Assembly: GCA_964035545.1 (NCBI GenBank)
Contig: CAXIUT010000230.1
Coordinates: 992,001 to 1,056,000 of the forward strand
DNA from: Bugula neritina
Lineage: Eukaryota; Animalia; Bryozoa
DNA length: 64,000 nt
Direction of reading: 5' to 3'
Position 1 is the first letter of the stretch, and the number at the start of each line of letters is the position of its first letter. Position numbers and translations under genes: made by a program. The notes under the pieces are model-generated. The model did no database searches, was not told the origin of the DNA, and saw nothing but the letters and a program-made list of their open reading frames with translations. Positions 18,501 through 36,000 of the stretch are shown here, one piece after another.

Positions 18501-18911
18501 AAACTAGTGTAACATACTGTAACATAATCAAACATACCGGAATATACTGCAACGTAATGAAGTATAGTGTAACACACTGAAATATGCGGCAACATACCGA
18601 AATATACTTCAACACGTTGAAAAATATTGCAACATACTGAAATATACTGCAACAGACTGCAACATACTGAAATACACTGGAACATATTGAAATACACTGC
18701 AACACTCTGAAATATACTGCAACACACTGAAACATACGGCAACATACCGAATTAAACTGCGACACGTTGAAAATTACTGCAACATACTGAAATATACTGC
18801 GACGCCTTAAAATATACTGCAACATACTGAAATAGACTGCAAGTGGTGCAACATAGTGAAATACACTGTGACACACTGAATTACACTGCAACATACTGCA
18901 ACATACTGCAA
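15520..18911. repeat. Tandem block duplication, 1696-bp unit x2
   Basis: ORFs offset by 1696 (15595/17291, 15990/17686, 16546/18242). Confidence 0.88.
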
Positions 18912-21534
18912 CATACTGAAATATTGTGCGACACAACAAAATATACTGCAACATATTGAAATATACTGTAACATACTGCAACATACTAAAATACACTGCA
19001 ACACAATAAAATATACTGCAACATACTGAAACATACTGCAACATACTGAAATACACTGTGACACATTGAAATACACTGCAACATACTGCAACATACTGCA
19101 ACATACTGAAATACATTGCAACACATTTAAATATACTGCAACTTACTGAAACATACTGCAACATACTGAAATATACTGCAACACACTGAAACACACGGCA
19201 ACATACCGAAATAAACTGCGACACGTTGAAAATTACTGCAACATACTGAAATAGACTGCAAGTGGTGCAACATACTGAAATACACTGTGACACACTGAAA
19301 TACACTGCAACATACTGCAACATACTGCAACATACTGAAATATTGTGCGACACAATAAAATGTACTGCAACATATTGAAATATACTGTAACATTCTGCAA
19401 CATACTAAAATACACTGCAACACATTAAAATATACTGCAACATACTGAAACATACTGCAACATACTGAAGCACACTGTGACACACTGAAATTTACTGCAA
19501 CATACTGCAACATACTGCAGCATATTGAATTACACTGGAACATATTGATATACACTGCAACACATTGAAATATACTGCAACACACTGAACCATATGGCAA
19601 CATACCGAAATTTACTGAGACACACTGAAAAATACTGCAACATACGAATTATACTTCAAGTGGTGCAACATACTGAAATACAATGCGACACACTGAAATA
19701 CACTGCAACATACTGCAACATACTGCAACATACTGAAATATTGTGCGACACATTGAAATATACTGCAACGTATTGAAACATACTGTAACATACTGCAACA
19801 TACTAAAATACACTGCAACATACTGAAATACATTGCAACACATTAAAATATATTGCGACATACTGAAACATATTGCAACATGCTGAAATATACTGCAACA
19901 TACTGAAATACACTATCACATATTGAAATATACTGCAACATACTGAATTACACTCTAACATACTGAAATATGCTGTAGCATACTGAAATACACTGCAACA
20001 CACTGAAGTATACTGTAATACACTGAAATGTAATGCAAAATACTGAATTATACTGCAACATAGTGCAACATACTGAAATACACTACAACATACTGCAACA
20101 TCCTGAAATACACTAGAAAATATTGAAATACACTGCGACACATTGAAACATACTGCAACATACTGAAATATACTGCAAGATACCACAACATACTGAAACA
20201 GACTGCGACATACTGAAATACACTGCAACATACTGCAAGATACCGCAACCTACTGAAATACACTGTAACATATTGAAATACACTGCAACATACTGCAACA
20301 TACTGAATTACACTGGAACATATTTATATACACTGCAACACATTGAAATATACTGCAACACACTGAAACATACGGCAATATACCAAAATATACTGCGACA
20401 CCTTGAAAAATACTGCAATATACGAAATATACTGCAAGTGGTGCAACATACTGAAATACAATGTGACACACTGGAATACACTGCAACATACTGCAACATA
20501 CTGAAATACACTGTAACATATTGTATTACACTGCATCATACTGCAACATACTGAAAAACACTGGAACATATTGATATACACTGCAACTCATTGAAATATA
20601 CTGCAACACACTGCAACATACGGCAGCATACCGAAATATACTGCGACACCTTGAAAAATACTGCAACATACTGAAATATACTGCAAGTGGTGCAACATAC
20701 TGAAATACACTGTGACATACTGAAATACACTGCAACATACTGCAAGATACTGCAACGTACGGAAATACAATGTAACTTATTGAATTACACTGCATCATAC
20801 TGCAACATACTGAGATACACTGGAACATATTGATATACACTGCAACACATTGAAATATACTGCAACACACTGAACCATATGACAACATACCGAAATTTAC
20901 TGCGACAGACTGAAAAATTTTGCAACATACGAATTATACTTCAAGTGGTGCAACATTCTGAAATACAATGTGACACACTGAAATACACTGCAACATACTG
21001 CAGCATACTGCAACATACTGAAATATTGTGCGACACATTGAAATATACTGCAACATATTGAAATATACTGTAACATACTGCAACATACTAAAATACACTG
21101 CAACATACTGAAATACATTGCAACACATTAAAATATACTGCGACATACTGAAACATACTGCAACATGCTGAAATATACTGCAACATACTGAAATACACTA
21201 TAACATATTGAAATATACTGCAACATACTGAATTACACTCTAACATACTGAAATATGCTGTAGCATACTGAAATACACTGCAACACACTGAAGTATACTG
21301 TAATACACTGAAATGTAATGCAACATACTGAATTATACTGCAACATAGTGCAACATACTAAAATACACTGCAACATACTGAAATACATTGCAACACATTA
21401 AAATATATTGCGACATACTGAAACATATTGCAACATGCTGAAATATACTGCAATATACTGAAATACACTATCACATATTGAAATATACTGCAACATACTG
21501 AATTACACTCTAATATACTGAAATATGCTGTAGC

Positions 21535-24500
21535 ATACTGAAATACACTGCAACACACTGAAGTATACTGTAATACACTGAAATGTAATGCAAAATACTG
21601 AATTATACTGCAACATAGTGCAACATACTGAAATACACTACAACATACTGCAACATACTGAAATACACTAGAACATATTGAAATACACTGCGACACATTG
21701 AAACATACTGCAACATACTGAAATATACTGCAAGATACCACAACATACTGAAACAGACTGCGACATACTGAAATTGACTGCAACATACTGCAAGATACCG
21801 CAACCTACTGAAATACACTGTAACATATTGAAATACACTGCAACATACTGCAACATACTGAATTACACTGGAACATATTGATATACACTGCAACACATTG
21901 AAATATACTGCAACCCACTGAACCATATGACAACATACCGAAATTTACTGCGACACACTGAAAAACTTTGCAACATACGAATTATACTTCAAGTGGTGCA
22001 ACATTCTGAAATACAATGTGACACACTGAAATACACTGCAACATACTGCAACATACTGCAACATACTGAAATATTGTGCGACACATTGAAATATACTGCA
22101 ACATATTGAAATATACTGTAACATACTGCAACATACTAAAATACACTGCAACATACTGAAATACATTGCAGCACATTAAAATATACTGCGACATACTGAA
22201 ACATACTGCAACATGCTGAAATATACTGCAACATACTGAAATACACTATAACATATTGAAATATACTGCAACATGCTGAATTACACTCTAACATACTGAA
22301 ATATGCTCTAGCATACTGAAATACACTGCAACACACTGAAGTATACTGTAATACACTGAAATGTAATGCAACATACTGAATTATACTGCAACATAGTGCA
22401 ACATACTGAAATACACTGTGACACACTGAAATACACTGAAACATAATGCAACATACTGCAACATACTGAAATACACTGTAACATATCGAAATACACTGCA
22501 ACATACTGCAACATACTGCAACATACTGAAATACACTACAACATACTGCAACATACTGAAATACACTGGAACATATTGAAATACACTGCGACACATTGAA
22601 ACATACTGCAACATACTGAAATATACTGCAAGATACTGCAACATACTGAAACAGACTGTGACATACTGAAATACACTGCAACATACTGCAAGATACCGCA
22701 ACCTACTGAAATACACTGAAACATATTGAAATACACTGCATCATACTGCAACATACTGAATTACACTGGAACATATTGATATACACTGCAACACATTGAA
22801 ATATACTGCAACATAGTGAAATACACTATAACATATTGAAACATAATGCAACATACTGCAACATACTGAAATACACTGTAACATATCGAAATACACTGCA
22901 ACATACTGCAACATACTGCAACATACTGAAATACACTACAACATACTGCAACATACTGAAATACACTGGAACATATTGAAATACACTGCGACACATTGAA
23001 ACATACTGCAACATACTGAAATATACTGCAAGATACTGCAACATACTGAAACAGACTGTGACATACTGAAATACACTGCAACATACTGCAAGATACCGCA
23101 ACCTACTGAAATACGCTGAAACATATTGAAATACACTGCATCATACTGCAACATACTGAATTACACTGGAACATATTGATATACACTGCAACACATTGAA
23201 ATATACTGCAACACACTGAAACATACGGCAATATACCAAAATATACTGCGACACCTTGAAAAATACTGCAACATACAAAATATACTGCAAGTGGTGCAAC
23301 ATACTGAAATACAATGTGACACACTGGAATACACTGCAACATACTGCAAGATACTGCAACGTACGGAAATACAGTGTAACTTATTGAATTATACTGCATC
23401 ATACTGCAACATACTGAGATACACTGGAACATATTGATATACACTGCAACACATTGAAATATACTGCGACACACTGAACCATATGACAACATACCGAAAT
23501 TTACTGCGACACACTGAAAAATTTTGCAACATACGAATTATACTTCAAGTGGTGCAACATTCTGAAATACAATGTGACACACTGAAATACACTGCAACAT
23601 ACTGCAACATACTGCAACATACTGAAATATTGTGCGACACAGTAAAATATACTGCAACATATTGAAATATACTGTAACATACTGCAACATACTAAAATAC
23701 ACTGCAACATACTGAAATACATTGCAACACATTAAAATATACTGCGACATACTGAAACATACTGCAACATGCTGAAATATACTGCAACATACTGAAATAC
23801 ACTATAACATATTGAAATATACTGCAACATACTGAATTACACTCTAACATACTGAAATATGCTGTAGCATACTGAAAAACACTGCAACACACTGAAGTAT
23901 ACTGTAATACACTGAAATGTAATGCAACATACTGAATTATACTGCATCATAGTGCAACATACTGAAATACACTGTGACACACTGAAATACACTGAAACAT
24001 AATGCAACAAACTGCAACATACTGAAATACACTGTAACATATCGAAATACACTGCAACATACTGCAACATACTGCAACATACTGAAATACACTACAACAT
24101 ACTGCAACATACTGAAATACACTGGGACATATTGAAATACACTGCGACACATTGAAACATACTGCAACATACTGAAATATACTGCAAGATACTGAATTAC
24201 ACTGGAACATATTGATATACACTGCAACACATTGAAATATACTGCAACACACTGAAACATACGGCAATATACCAAAATATATTGCGACACCTTGAAAAAT
24301 ACTGCAACATACGAAATATACTGCAAGTGGTGCAACATACTGAAATACAATGTGACACACTGGAATACACTGCAACATACTGCAACATACTGCAACATAC
24401 TGAAATACACTGTAACATATTGAATTACACTGCATCATACTGCAACATACTGAAAAACACTGGAACATATTGATATACACTGCAACTCATTGAAATATAC

Positions 24501-27500
24501 TGCAACACACTGCAACATACGGCAGCATACCGAAATATACTGCGACACCTTGAAAAATACTGCAACATACTGAAATATACTGCAAGTGTGGCAACATACT
24601 TAAATACACTGTGACATACTGAATTACACTGCATCATACTGCAACATACTGATATACACTGGAACATATTGATATACACTGCAACACATTGAAATATACT
24701 GCAACACACTGAACCATATGACAACATACCGAAATTTGCTGCGACACACTGAAAAATTTTGCAACATACGAATTATACTTCAAGTGGTGCAACATTCTGA
24801 AATACAATGTGACACACTGAAATACACTGCAACATACTGCAACATACTGCAACATACTGAAATATTGTGCGACACAGTGAAATATACTGCAACATATTGA
24901 AATATACTGTAACATACTGCAACATACTAAAATACACTGCAACATACTGAAATACATTGCAACACATTAAAATACACTGCGACATACTGAAACATACTGC
25001 AACATGCTGAAATATACTGCAACATACTGAAATACACTATAACATATTGAAATATACTGCAACATACTGAATTACACTCTAACATACTGAAATATGCTGT
25101 AGCATACTGAAATACACTGCAACACACTGAAGTATACTGTAATACACTGAAATGTAATGCAACATACTGAATTATACTGCAACATAGTGCAACATACTGA
25201 AATACACTGTGACACACTGAAATACACTGAAACATAATGCAACAAACTGCAACATACTGAAATACACTGTAACATATCGAAATACACTGCAACATACTGC
25301 AACATACTGCAACATACTGAAATACACTACAACATACTGCAACATACTGAAATACACTGGGACATATTGAAATACACTGCGACACATTGAAACATACTGC
25401 AACATACTGAAATATACTGCAAGTGTGGCAACATACTGAAATACACTGCAACACACTGAAGTATACTGTAATACACTGAAATGTAATGCAAAATACTGAA
25501 TTATACTGCAACATAGTGCAACATACTGAAATACACTACAACAAACTGCAACATACTGAAATACACTGTAACATATTGAATTACACTGCATCATACTGCA
25601 ACATACTGAAAAACACTGTAACATATTGAATTACACTGCATCATACTGCAACATACTGAAAAACACTGGAACATATTGATATACACTGCAACTCATTGAA
25701 ATATACTGCAACACACTGCAACATACGGCAGCATACCGAAATATACTGCGACACCTTGAAAAATACTGCAACATACTGAAATATACTGCAAGTGTGGCAA
25801 CATACTGAAATACACTGCAACACACTGAAGTATACTGTAATACACTGAAATGTAATGCAAAATACTGAATTATACTGCAACATAGTGCAACATACTGAAA
25901 TACACTACAACATACTGCAACATACTGAAATACACTAGAACATATTGAAATACACTGCGACACATTGAAACATACTGCAACATACTGAAATATACTGCAA
26001 GATACCACAACATACTGAAACAGACTGCGACATACTGAAATTGACTGCAACATACTGCAAGATACCGCAACCTACTGAAATACACTGTAACATATTGAAA
26101 TACACTGCAACATACTGCAACATACTGAATTACACTGGAACATATTGATATACACTGCAACACATTGAAATATACTGCAACCCACTGAACCATATGACAA
26201 CATACCGAAATTTACTGCGACACACTGAAAAACTTTGCAACATACGAATTATACTTCAAGTGGTGCAACATTCTGAAATACAATGTGACACACTGAAATA
26301 CACTGCAACATACTGCAACATACTGCAACATACTGAAATATTGTGCGACACATTGAAATATACTGCAACATATTGAAATATACTGTAACATACTGCAACA
26401 TACTAAAATACACTGCAACATACTGAAATACATTGCAGCACATTAAAATATACTGCGACATACTGAAACATACTGCAACATGCTGAAATATACTGCAACA
26501 TACTGAAATACACTATAACATATTGAAATATACTGCAACATGCTGAATTACACTCTAACATACTGAAATATGCTCTAGCATACTGAAATACACTGCAACA
26601 CACTGAAGTATACTGTAATACACTGAAATGTAATGCAACATACTGAATTATACTGCAACATAGTGCAACATACTGAAATACACTGTGACACACTGAAATA
26701 CACTGAAACATAATGCAACATACTGCAACATACTGAAATACACTGTAACATATCGAAATACACTGCAACATACTGCAACATACTGCAACATACTGAAATA
26801 CACTACAACATACTGCAACATACTGAAATACACTGGAACATATTGAAATACACTGCGACACATTGAAACATACTGCAACATACTGAAATATACTGCAAGA
26901 TACTGCAACATACTGAAACAGACTGTGACATACTGAAATACACTGCAACATACTGCAAGATACCGCAACCTACTGAAATACACTGAAACATATTGAAATA
27001 CACTGCATCATACTGCAACATACTGAATTACACTGGAACATATTGATATACACTGCAACACATTGAAATATACTGCAACATAGTGAAATACACTATAACA
27101 TATTGAAACATAATGCAACATACTGCAACATACTGAAATACACTGTAACATATCGAAATACACTGCAACATACTGCAACATACTGCAACATACTGAAATA
27201 CACTACAACATACTGCAACATACTGAAATACACTGGAACATATTGAAATACACTGCGACACATTGAAACATACTGCAACATACTGAAATATACTGCAAGA
27301 TACTGCAACATACTGAAACAGACTGTGACATACTGAAATACACTGCAACATACTGCAAGATACCGCAACCTACTGAAATACGCTGAAACATATTGAAATA
27401 CACTGCATCATACTGCAACATACTGAATTACACTGGAACATATTGATATACACTGCAACACATTGAAATATACTGCAACACACTGAAACATACGGCAATA

Positions 27501-30068
27501 TACCAAAATATACTGCGACACCTTGAAAAATACTGCAACATACAAAATATACTGCAAGTGGTGCAACATACTGAAATACAATGTGACACACTGGAATACA
27601 CTGCAACATACTGCAAGATACTGCAACGTACGGAAATACAGTGTAACTTATTGAATTATACTGCATCATACTGCAACATACTGAGATACACTGGAACATA
27701 TTGATATACACTGCAACACATTGAAATATACTGCGACACACTGAACCATATGACAACATACCGAAATTTACTGCGACACACTGAAAAATTTTGCAACATA
27801 CGAATTATACTTCAAGTGGTGCAACATTCTGAAATACAATGTGACACACTGAAATACACTGCAACATACTGCAACATACTGCAACATACTGAAATATTGT
27901 GCGACACAGTAAAATATACTGCAACATATTGAAATATACTGTAACATACTGCAACATACTAAAATACACTGCAACATACTGAAATACATTGCAACACATT
28001 AAAATATACTGCGACATACTGAAACATACTGCAACATGCTGAAATATACTGCAACATACTGAAATACACTATAACATATTGAAATATACTGCAACATACT
28101 GAATTACACTCTAACATACTGAAATATGCTGTAGCATACTGAAAAACACTGCAACACACTGAAGTATACTGTAATACACTGAAATGTAATGCAACATACT
28201 GAATTATACTGCATCATAGTGCAACATACTGAAATACACTGTGACACACTGAAATACACTGAAACATAATGCAACAAACTGCAACATACTGAAATACACT
28301 GTAACATATCGAAATACACTGCAACATACTGCAACATACTGCAACATACTGAAATACACTACAACATACTGCAACATACTGAAATACACTGGGACATATT
28401 GAAATACACTGCGACACATTGAAACATACTGCAACATACTGAAATATACTGCAAGATACTGAATTACACTGGAACATATTGATATACACTGCAACACATT
28501 GAAATATACTGCAACACACTGAAACATACGGCAATATACCAAAATATATTGCGACACCTTGAAAAATACTGCAACATACGAAATATACTGCAAGTGGTGC
28601 AACATACTGAAATACAATGTGACACACTGGAATACACTGCAACATACTGCAACATACTGCAACATACTGAAATACACTGTAACATATTGAATTACACTGC
28701 ATCATACTGCAACATACTGAAAAACACTGGAACATATTGATATACACTGCAACTCATTGAAATATACTGCAACACACTGCAACATACGGCAGCATACCGA
28801 AATATACTGCGACACCTTGAAAAATACTGCAACATACTGAAATATACTGCAAGTGTGGCAACATACTTAAATACACTGTGACATACTGAATTACACTGCA
28901 TCATACTGCAACATACTGATATACACTGGAACATATTGATATACACTGCAACACATTGAAATATACTGCAACACACTGAACCATATGACAACATACCGAA
29001 ATTTGCTGCGACACACTGAAAAATTTTGCAACATACGAATTATACTTCAAGTGGTGCAACATTCTGAAATACAATGTGACACACTGAAATACACTGCAAC
29101 ATACTGCAACATACTGCAACATACTGAAATATTGTGCGACACAGTGAAATATACTGCAACATATTGAAATATACTGTAACATACTGCAACATACTAAAAT
29201 ACACTGCAACATACTGAAATACATTGCAACACATTAAAATACACTGCGACATACTGAAACATACTGCAACATGCTGAAATATACTGCAACATACTGAAAT
29301 ACACTATAACATATTGAAATATACTGCAACATACTGAATTACACTCTAACATACTGAAATATGCTGTAGCATACTGAAATACACTGCAACACACTGAAGT
29401 ATACTGTAATACACTGAAATGTAATGCAACATACTGAATTATACTGCAACATAGTGCAACATACTGAAATACACTGTGACACACTGAAATACACTGAAAC
29501 ATAATGCAACAAACTGCAACATACTGAAATACACTGTAACATATCGAAATACACTGCAACATACTGCAACATACTGCAACATACTGAAATACACTACAAC
29601 ATACTGCAACATACTGAAATACACTGGGACATATTGAAATACACTGCGACACATTGAAACATACTGCAACATACTGAAATATACTGCAAGTGTGGCAACA
29701 TACTGAAATACACTGCAACACACTGAAGTATACTGTAATACACTGAAATGTAATGCAAAATACTGAATTATACTGCAACATAGTGCAACATACTGAAATA
29801 CACTACAACAAACTGCAACATACTGAAATACACTGTAACATATTGAATTACACTGCATCATACTGCAACATACTGAAAAACACTGTAACATATTGAATTA
29901 CACTGCATCATACTGCAACATACTGAAAAACACTGGAACATATTGATATACACTGCAACTCATTGAAATATACTGCAACACACTGCAACATACGGCAGCA
30001 TACCGAAATATACTGCGACACCTTGAAAAATACTGCAACATACTGAAATATACTGCAAGTGTGGCAAC
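21535..30068. repeat. Tandem block duplication, 4267-bp unit x2 (each containing a 400-bp internal duplication)
   Basis: ORFs offset by 4267 (21603/25870, 23103/27370, 25631/29898) with shared private variants such as AAATTGACTG and GCTCTAGC. Internal 400-bp offset at 22536/22936. Confidence 0.9.
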
Positions 30069-33000
30069 ATACTGAAATACACTGCAACACACTGAAGTAT
30101 ACTGTAATACACTGAAATGTAATGCAAAATACTGAATTATACTGCAACATAGTGCAACATACTGAAATACACTACAACAAACTGCAACATACTGAAATAC
30201 ACTGGAACATATTGAAATACACTGCGACACATTGAAACATACTGCAACGTACTGAAATATACTGCAAGATACTGCAACATACTGAAACAGACTGTGACAT
30301 ACTGAAATACACTGCAACATACTGCAAGATACCGCAACCGACTGAAATACACTGTAACATATTGAAATACACTGCATCATACTGCAACATACTGAATTAC
30401 ACTGGAACATATTGATATACACTGCAACACATTGAAATATACTGCAACACACTGAAACATACGGCAATATACCAAAATATACTGCGACACCTTGAAAAAT
30501 ACTGCAACATACAAAATATACTGCAAGTGGTTCAACATACTGAAATACAATGTGACACACTGGAATACACTGCAACATACTGCAAGATACTGCAACGTAC
30601 GGAAATATTGTGCGACACAGTGAAATATACTGCAACATATTGAAATATACTGTAACATACTGCAACATACTAAAATACACTGCAACATACTGAAATACAT
30701 TGCAACACATTAAAATATACTGCGACATACTGAAACATACTGCAACATGCTGAAATATACTGCAACATACTGAAATACACTATAACATATTGAAATATAC
30801 TGCAACATACTGAATTACACTCTAACATACTGAAATATGCTGTAGCATACTGAAAAACACTGCAACACACTGAAGTATACTGTAATACACTGAAATGTAA
30901 TGCAACATACTGAATTATACTGCATCATAGTGCAACATACTGAAATACACTGTGACACACTGAAATACACTGAAACATAATGCAACAAACTGCAACATAC
31001 TGAAATACACTGTAACATATCGAAATACACTGCAACATACTGCAACATACTGCAACATACTGAAATACACTACAACATACTGCAACATACTGAAATACAC
31101 TGGGACATATTGAAATACACTGCGACACATTGAAACATACTGCAACATACTGAAATATACTGCAAGATACTGAATTACACTGGAACATATTGATATACAC
31201 TGCAACACATTGAAATATACTGCAACACACTGAAACATACGGCAATATACCAAAATATACTGCGACACCTTGAAAAATACTGCAACATACGAAATATACT
31301 GCAAGTGGTGCAACATACTGAAATACAATGTGACACACTGGAATACACTGCAACATACTGCAACATACTGCAACATACTGAAATACACTGTAACATATTG
31401 AATTACACTGCATCATACTGCAACATACTGAAAAACACTGGAACATATTGATATACACTGCAACTCATTGAAATATACTGCAACACACTGCAACATACGG
31501 CAGCATACCGAAATATACTGCGACACCTTGAAAAATACTGCAACATACTGAAATATACTGCAAGTGTGGCAACATACTGAAATACACTGTGACATACTGA
31601 ATTACACTGCATCATACTGCAACATACTGATATACACTGGAACATATTGATATACACTGCAACACATTGAAATATACTGCAACACACTGAACCATATGAC
31701 AACATACCGAAATTTACTGCGACACACTGAAAAATTTTGCAACATACGAATTATACTTCAAGTGGTGCAACATTCTGAAATACAATGTGACACACTGAAA
31801 TACACTGCAACATACTGCAACATACTGCAACATACTGAAATATTGTGCGACACAGTGAAATATACTGCAACATATTGAAATATACTGTAACATACTGCAA
31901 CATACTAAAATACACTGCAACATACTGAAATACATTGCAACACATTAAAATATACTGCGACATACTGAAACATACTGCAACATGCTGAAATATACTGCAA
32001 CATACTGAAATACACTATAACATATTGAAATATACTGCAACATACTGAATTACACTCTAACATACTGAAATATGCTGTAGCATACTGAAATACACTGCAA
32101 CACACTGAAGTATACTGTAATACACTGAAATGTAATGCAACATACTGAATTATACTGCAACATAGTGCAACATACTGAAATACACTGTGACACACTGAAA
32201 TACACTGAAACATAATGCAACAAACTGCAACATACTGAAATACACTGTAACATATCGAAATACACTGCAACATACTGCAACATACTGCAACATACTGAAA
32301 TACACTACAACATACTGCAACATACTGAAATACACTGAGACATATTGAAATACACTGCGACACATTGAAACATACTGCAACATACTGAAATATACTGCAA
32401 GTGTGGCAACATACTGAAATACACTGCAACACACTGAAGTATACTGTAATACACTGAAATGTAATGCAAAATACTGAATTATACTGCAACATAGTGCAAC
32501 ATACTGAAATACACTACAACAAACTGCAACATACTGAAATACACTGGAACATATTGAAATACACTGCGAGACATTGAAACATACTGCAACATACTGAAAT
32601 ATACTGCAAGATACTGCAACATACTGAAACAGACTGTGACATACTGAAATACACTGCAACATACTGCAAGACACCGCAACCGACTGAAATACACTGTAAC
32701 ATATTGAAATACACTGCATCATACTGCAACATACTGAATTACACTGGAACATATTGATATACACTGCAACACATTGAAATATACTGCAACACACTGAAAC
32801 ATACGGCAATATACCAAAATATACTGCGACACCTTGAAAAATACTGCAACATACAAAATATACTGCAAGTGGTGCAACATACTGAAATACAATGTGACAC
32901 ACTGGAATACACTGCAACATACTGCAACATACTGCAACATACTGAAATACACTGTAACATATTGAATTACACTGCATCATACTGCAACATACTGAAAAAC

Positions 33001-36000
33001 ACTGGAACATATTGATATACACTGCAACTCATTGAAATATACTGCAACACACTGCAACATACGGCAGCATACCGAAATATACTGCGACACCTTGAAAATT
33101 ACTGCAACATACTGAAATATACTGCAAGTGTGGCAACATACTGAAATACACTGCAACACACTGAAGTATACTGTAATACACTGAAATGTAATGCAAAATA
33201 CTGAATTATACTGCAACATAGTGCAACATACTGAAATACACTACAACAAACTGCAACATACTGAAATACACTGGAACATATTGAAATACACTGCGACACA
33301 TTGAAACATACTGCAACATACTGAAATATACTGCAAGATACTGCAACATACTGAAGCAGACTGTGACATACTGAAATACACTGCAACATACTGCAAGATA
33401 CCGCAACCGACTGAAATACACTGTAACATATTGAAATACACTGCATCATACTGCAACATACTGAATTACACTGGAACATATTGATATACACTGCAACACA
33501 TTGAAATATACTGCAACACACTGAAACATACGGCAATATACCAAAATATACTGCGACACCTTGAAAAATACTGCAACATACAAAATATACTGCAAGTGGT
33601 TCAACATACTGAAATACAATGTGACACACTGGAATACACTGCAACATACTGCAAGATACTGCAACGTACGGAAATATTGTGCGACACAGTGAAATATACT
33701 GCAACATATTGAAATATACTGTAACATACTGCAACATACTAAAATACACTGCAACATACTGAAATACATTGCAACACATTAAAATATACTGCGACATACT
33801 GAAACATACTGCAACATGCTGAAATATACTGCAACATACTGAAATACACTATAACATATTGAAATATACTGCAACATACTGAATTACACTCTAACATACT
33901 GAAATATGCTGTAGCATACTGAAAAACACTGCAACACACTGAAGTATACTGTAATACACTGAAATGTAATGCAACATACTGAATTATACTGCATCATAGT
34001 GCAACATACTGAAATACACTGTGACACACTGAAATACACTGAAACATAATGCAACAAACTGCAACATACTGAAACACACTGTAACATATCGAAATACACT
34101 GCAACATACTGCAACATACTGCAACATACTGAAATACACTACAACATACTGCAACATACTGAAATACACTGGGACATATTGAAATACACTGCGACACATT
34201 GAAACATACTGCAACATACTGAAATATACTGCAAGATACTGAATTACACTGGAACATATTGATATACACTGCAACACATTGAAATATACTGCAACACACT
34301 GAAACATACGGCAATATACCAAAATATACTGCGACACCTTGAAAAATACTGCAACATACGAAATATACTGCAAGTGGTGCAACATACTGAAATACAATGT
34401 GACACACTGGAATACACTGCAACATACTGCAACATACTGCAACATACTGAAATACACTGTAACATATTGAATTACACTGCATCATACTGCAACATACTGA
34501 AAAACACTGGAACATATTGATATACACTGCAACTCATTGAAATATACTGCAACACACTGCAACATACGGCAGCATACCGAAATATACTGCGACACCTTGA
34601 AAAATACTGCAACATACTGAAATATACTGCAAGTGTGGCAACATACTGAAATACACTGTGACATACTGAATTACACTGCATCATACTGCAACATACTGAT
34701 ATACACTGGAACATATTGATATACACTGCAACACATTGAAATATACTGCAACACACTGAACCATATGACAACATACCGAAATTTACTGCGACACACTGAA
34801 AAATTTTGCAACATACGAATTATACTTCAAGTGGTGCAACATTCTGAAATACAATGTGACACACTGAAATACACTGCAACATACTGCAACATACTGCAAC
34901 ATACTGAAATATTGTGCGACACAGTGAAATATACTGCAACATATTGAAATATACTGTAACATACTGCAACATACTAAAATACACTGCAACATACTGAAAT
35001 ACATTGCAACACATTAAAATATACTGCGACATACTGAAACATACTGCAACATGCTGAAATATACTGCAACATACTGAAATACACTATAACATATTGAAAT
35101 ATACTGCAACATACTGAATTACACTCTAACATACTGAAATATGCTGTAGCATACTGAAATACACTGCAACACACTGAAGTATACTGTAATACACTGAAAT
35201 GTAATGCAACATACTGAATTATACTGCAACATAGTGCAACATACTGAAATACACTGTGACACACTGAAATACACTGAAACATAATGCAACAAACTGCAAC
35301 ATACTGAAATACACTGTAACATATCGAAATACACTGCAACATACTGCAACATACTGCAACATACTGAAATACACTACAACATACTGCAACATACTGAAAT
35401 ACACTGGGACATATTGAAATACACTGCGACACATTGAAACATACTGCAACATACTGAAATATACTGCAAGTGTGGCAACATACTGAAATACACTGCAACA
35501 CACTGAAGTATACTGTAATACACTGAAATGTAAAGCAAAATACTGAATTATACTGCAACATAGTGCAACATACTGAAATACATTACAACAAACTGCAACA
35601 TACTGAAATACACTGGAACATATTGAAATACACTGCGACACATTGAAACATACTGCAACATACTGAAATATACTGCAAGATACTGCAACATACTGAAACA
35701 GACTGTGACATACTGAAATACACTGCAACATACTGCAAGACACCGCAACCGACTGAAATACACTGTAACATATTGAAATACACTGCATCATACTGCAACA
35801 TACTGAATTACACTGGAACATATTGATATACACTGCAACACATTGAAATATACTGCAACACACTGAAACATACGGCAATATACCAAAATATACTGCGACA
35901 CCTTGAAAAATACTGCAACATACAAAATATACTGCAAGTGGTGCAACATACTGAAATACAATGTGACACACTGGAATACACTGCAACATACTGCAACATA

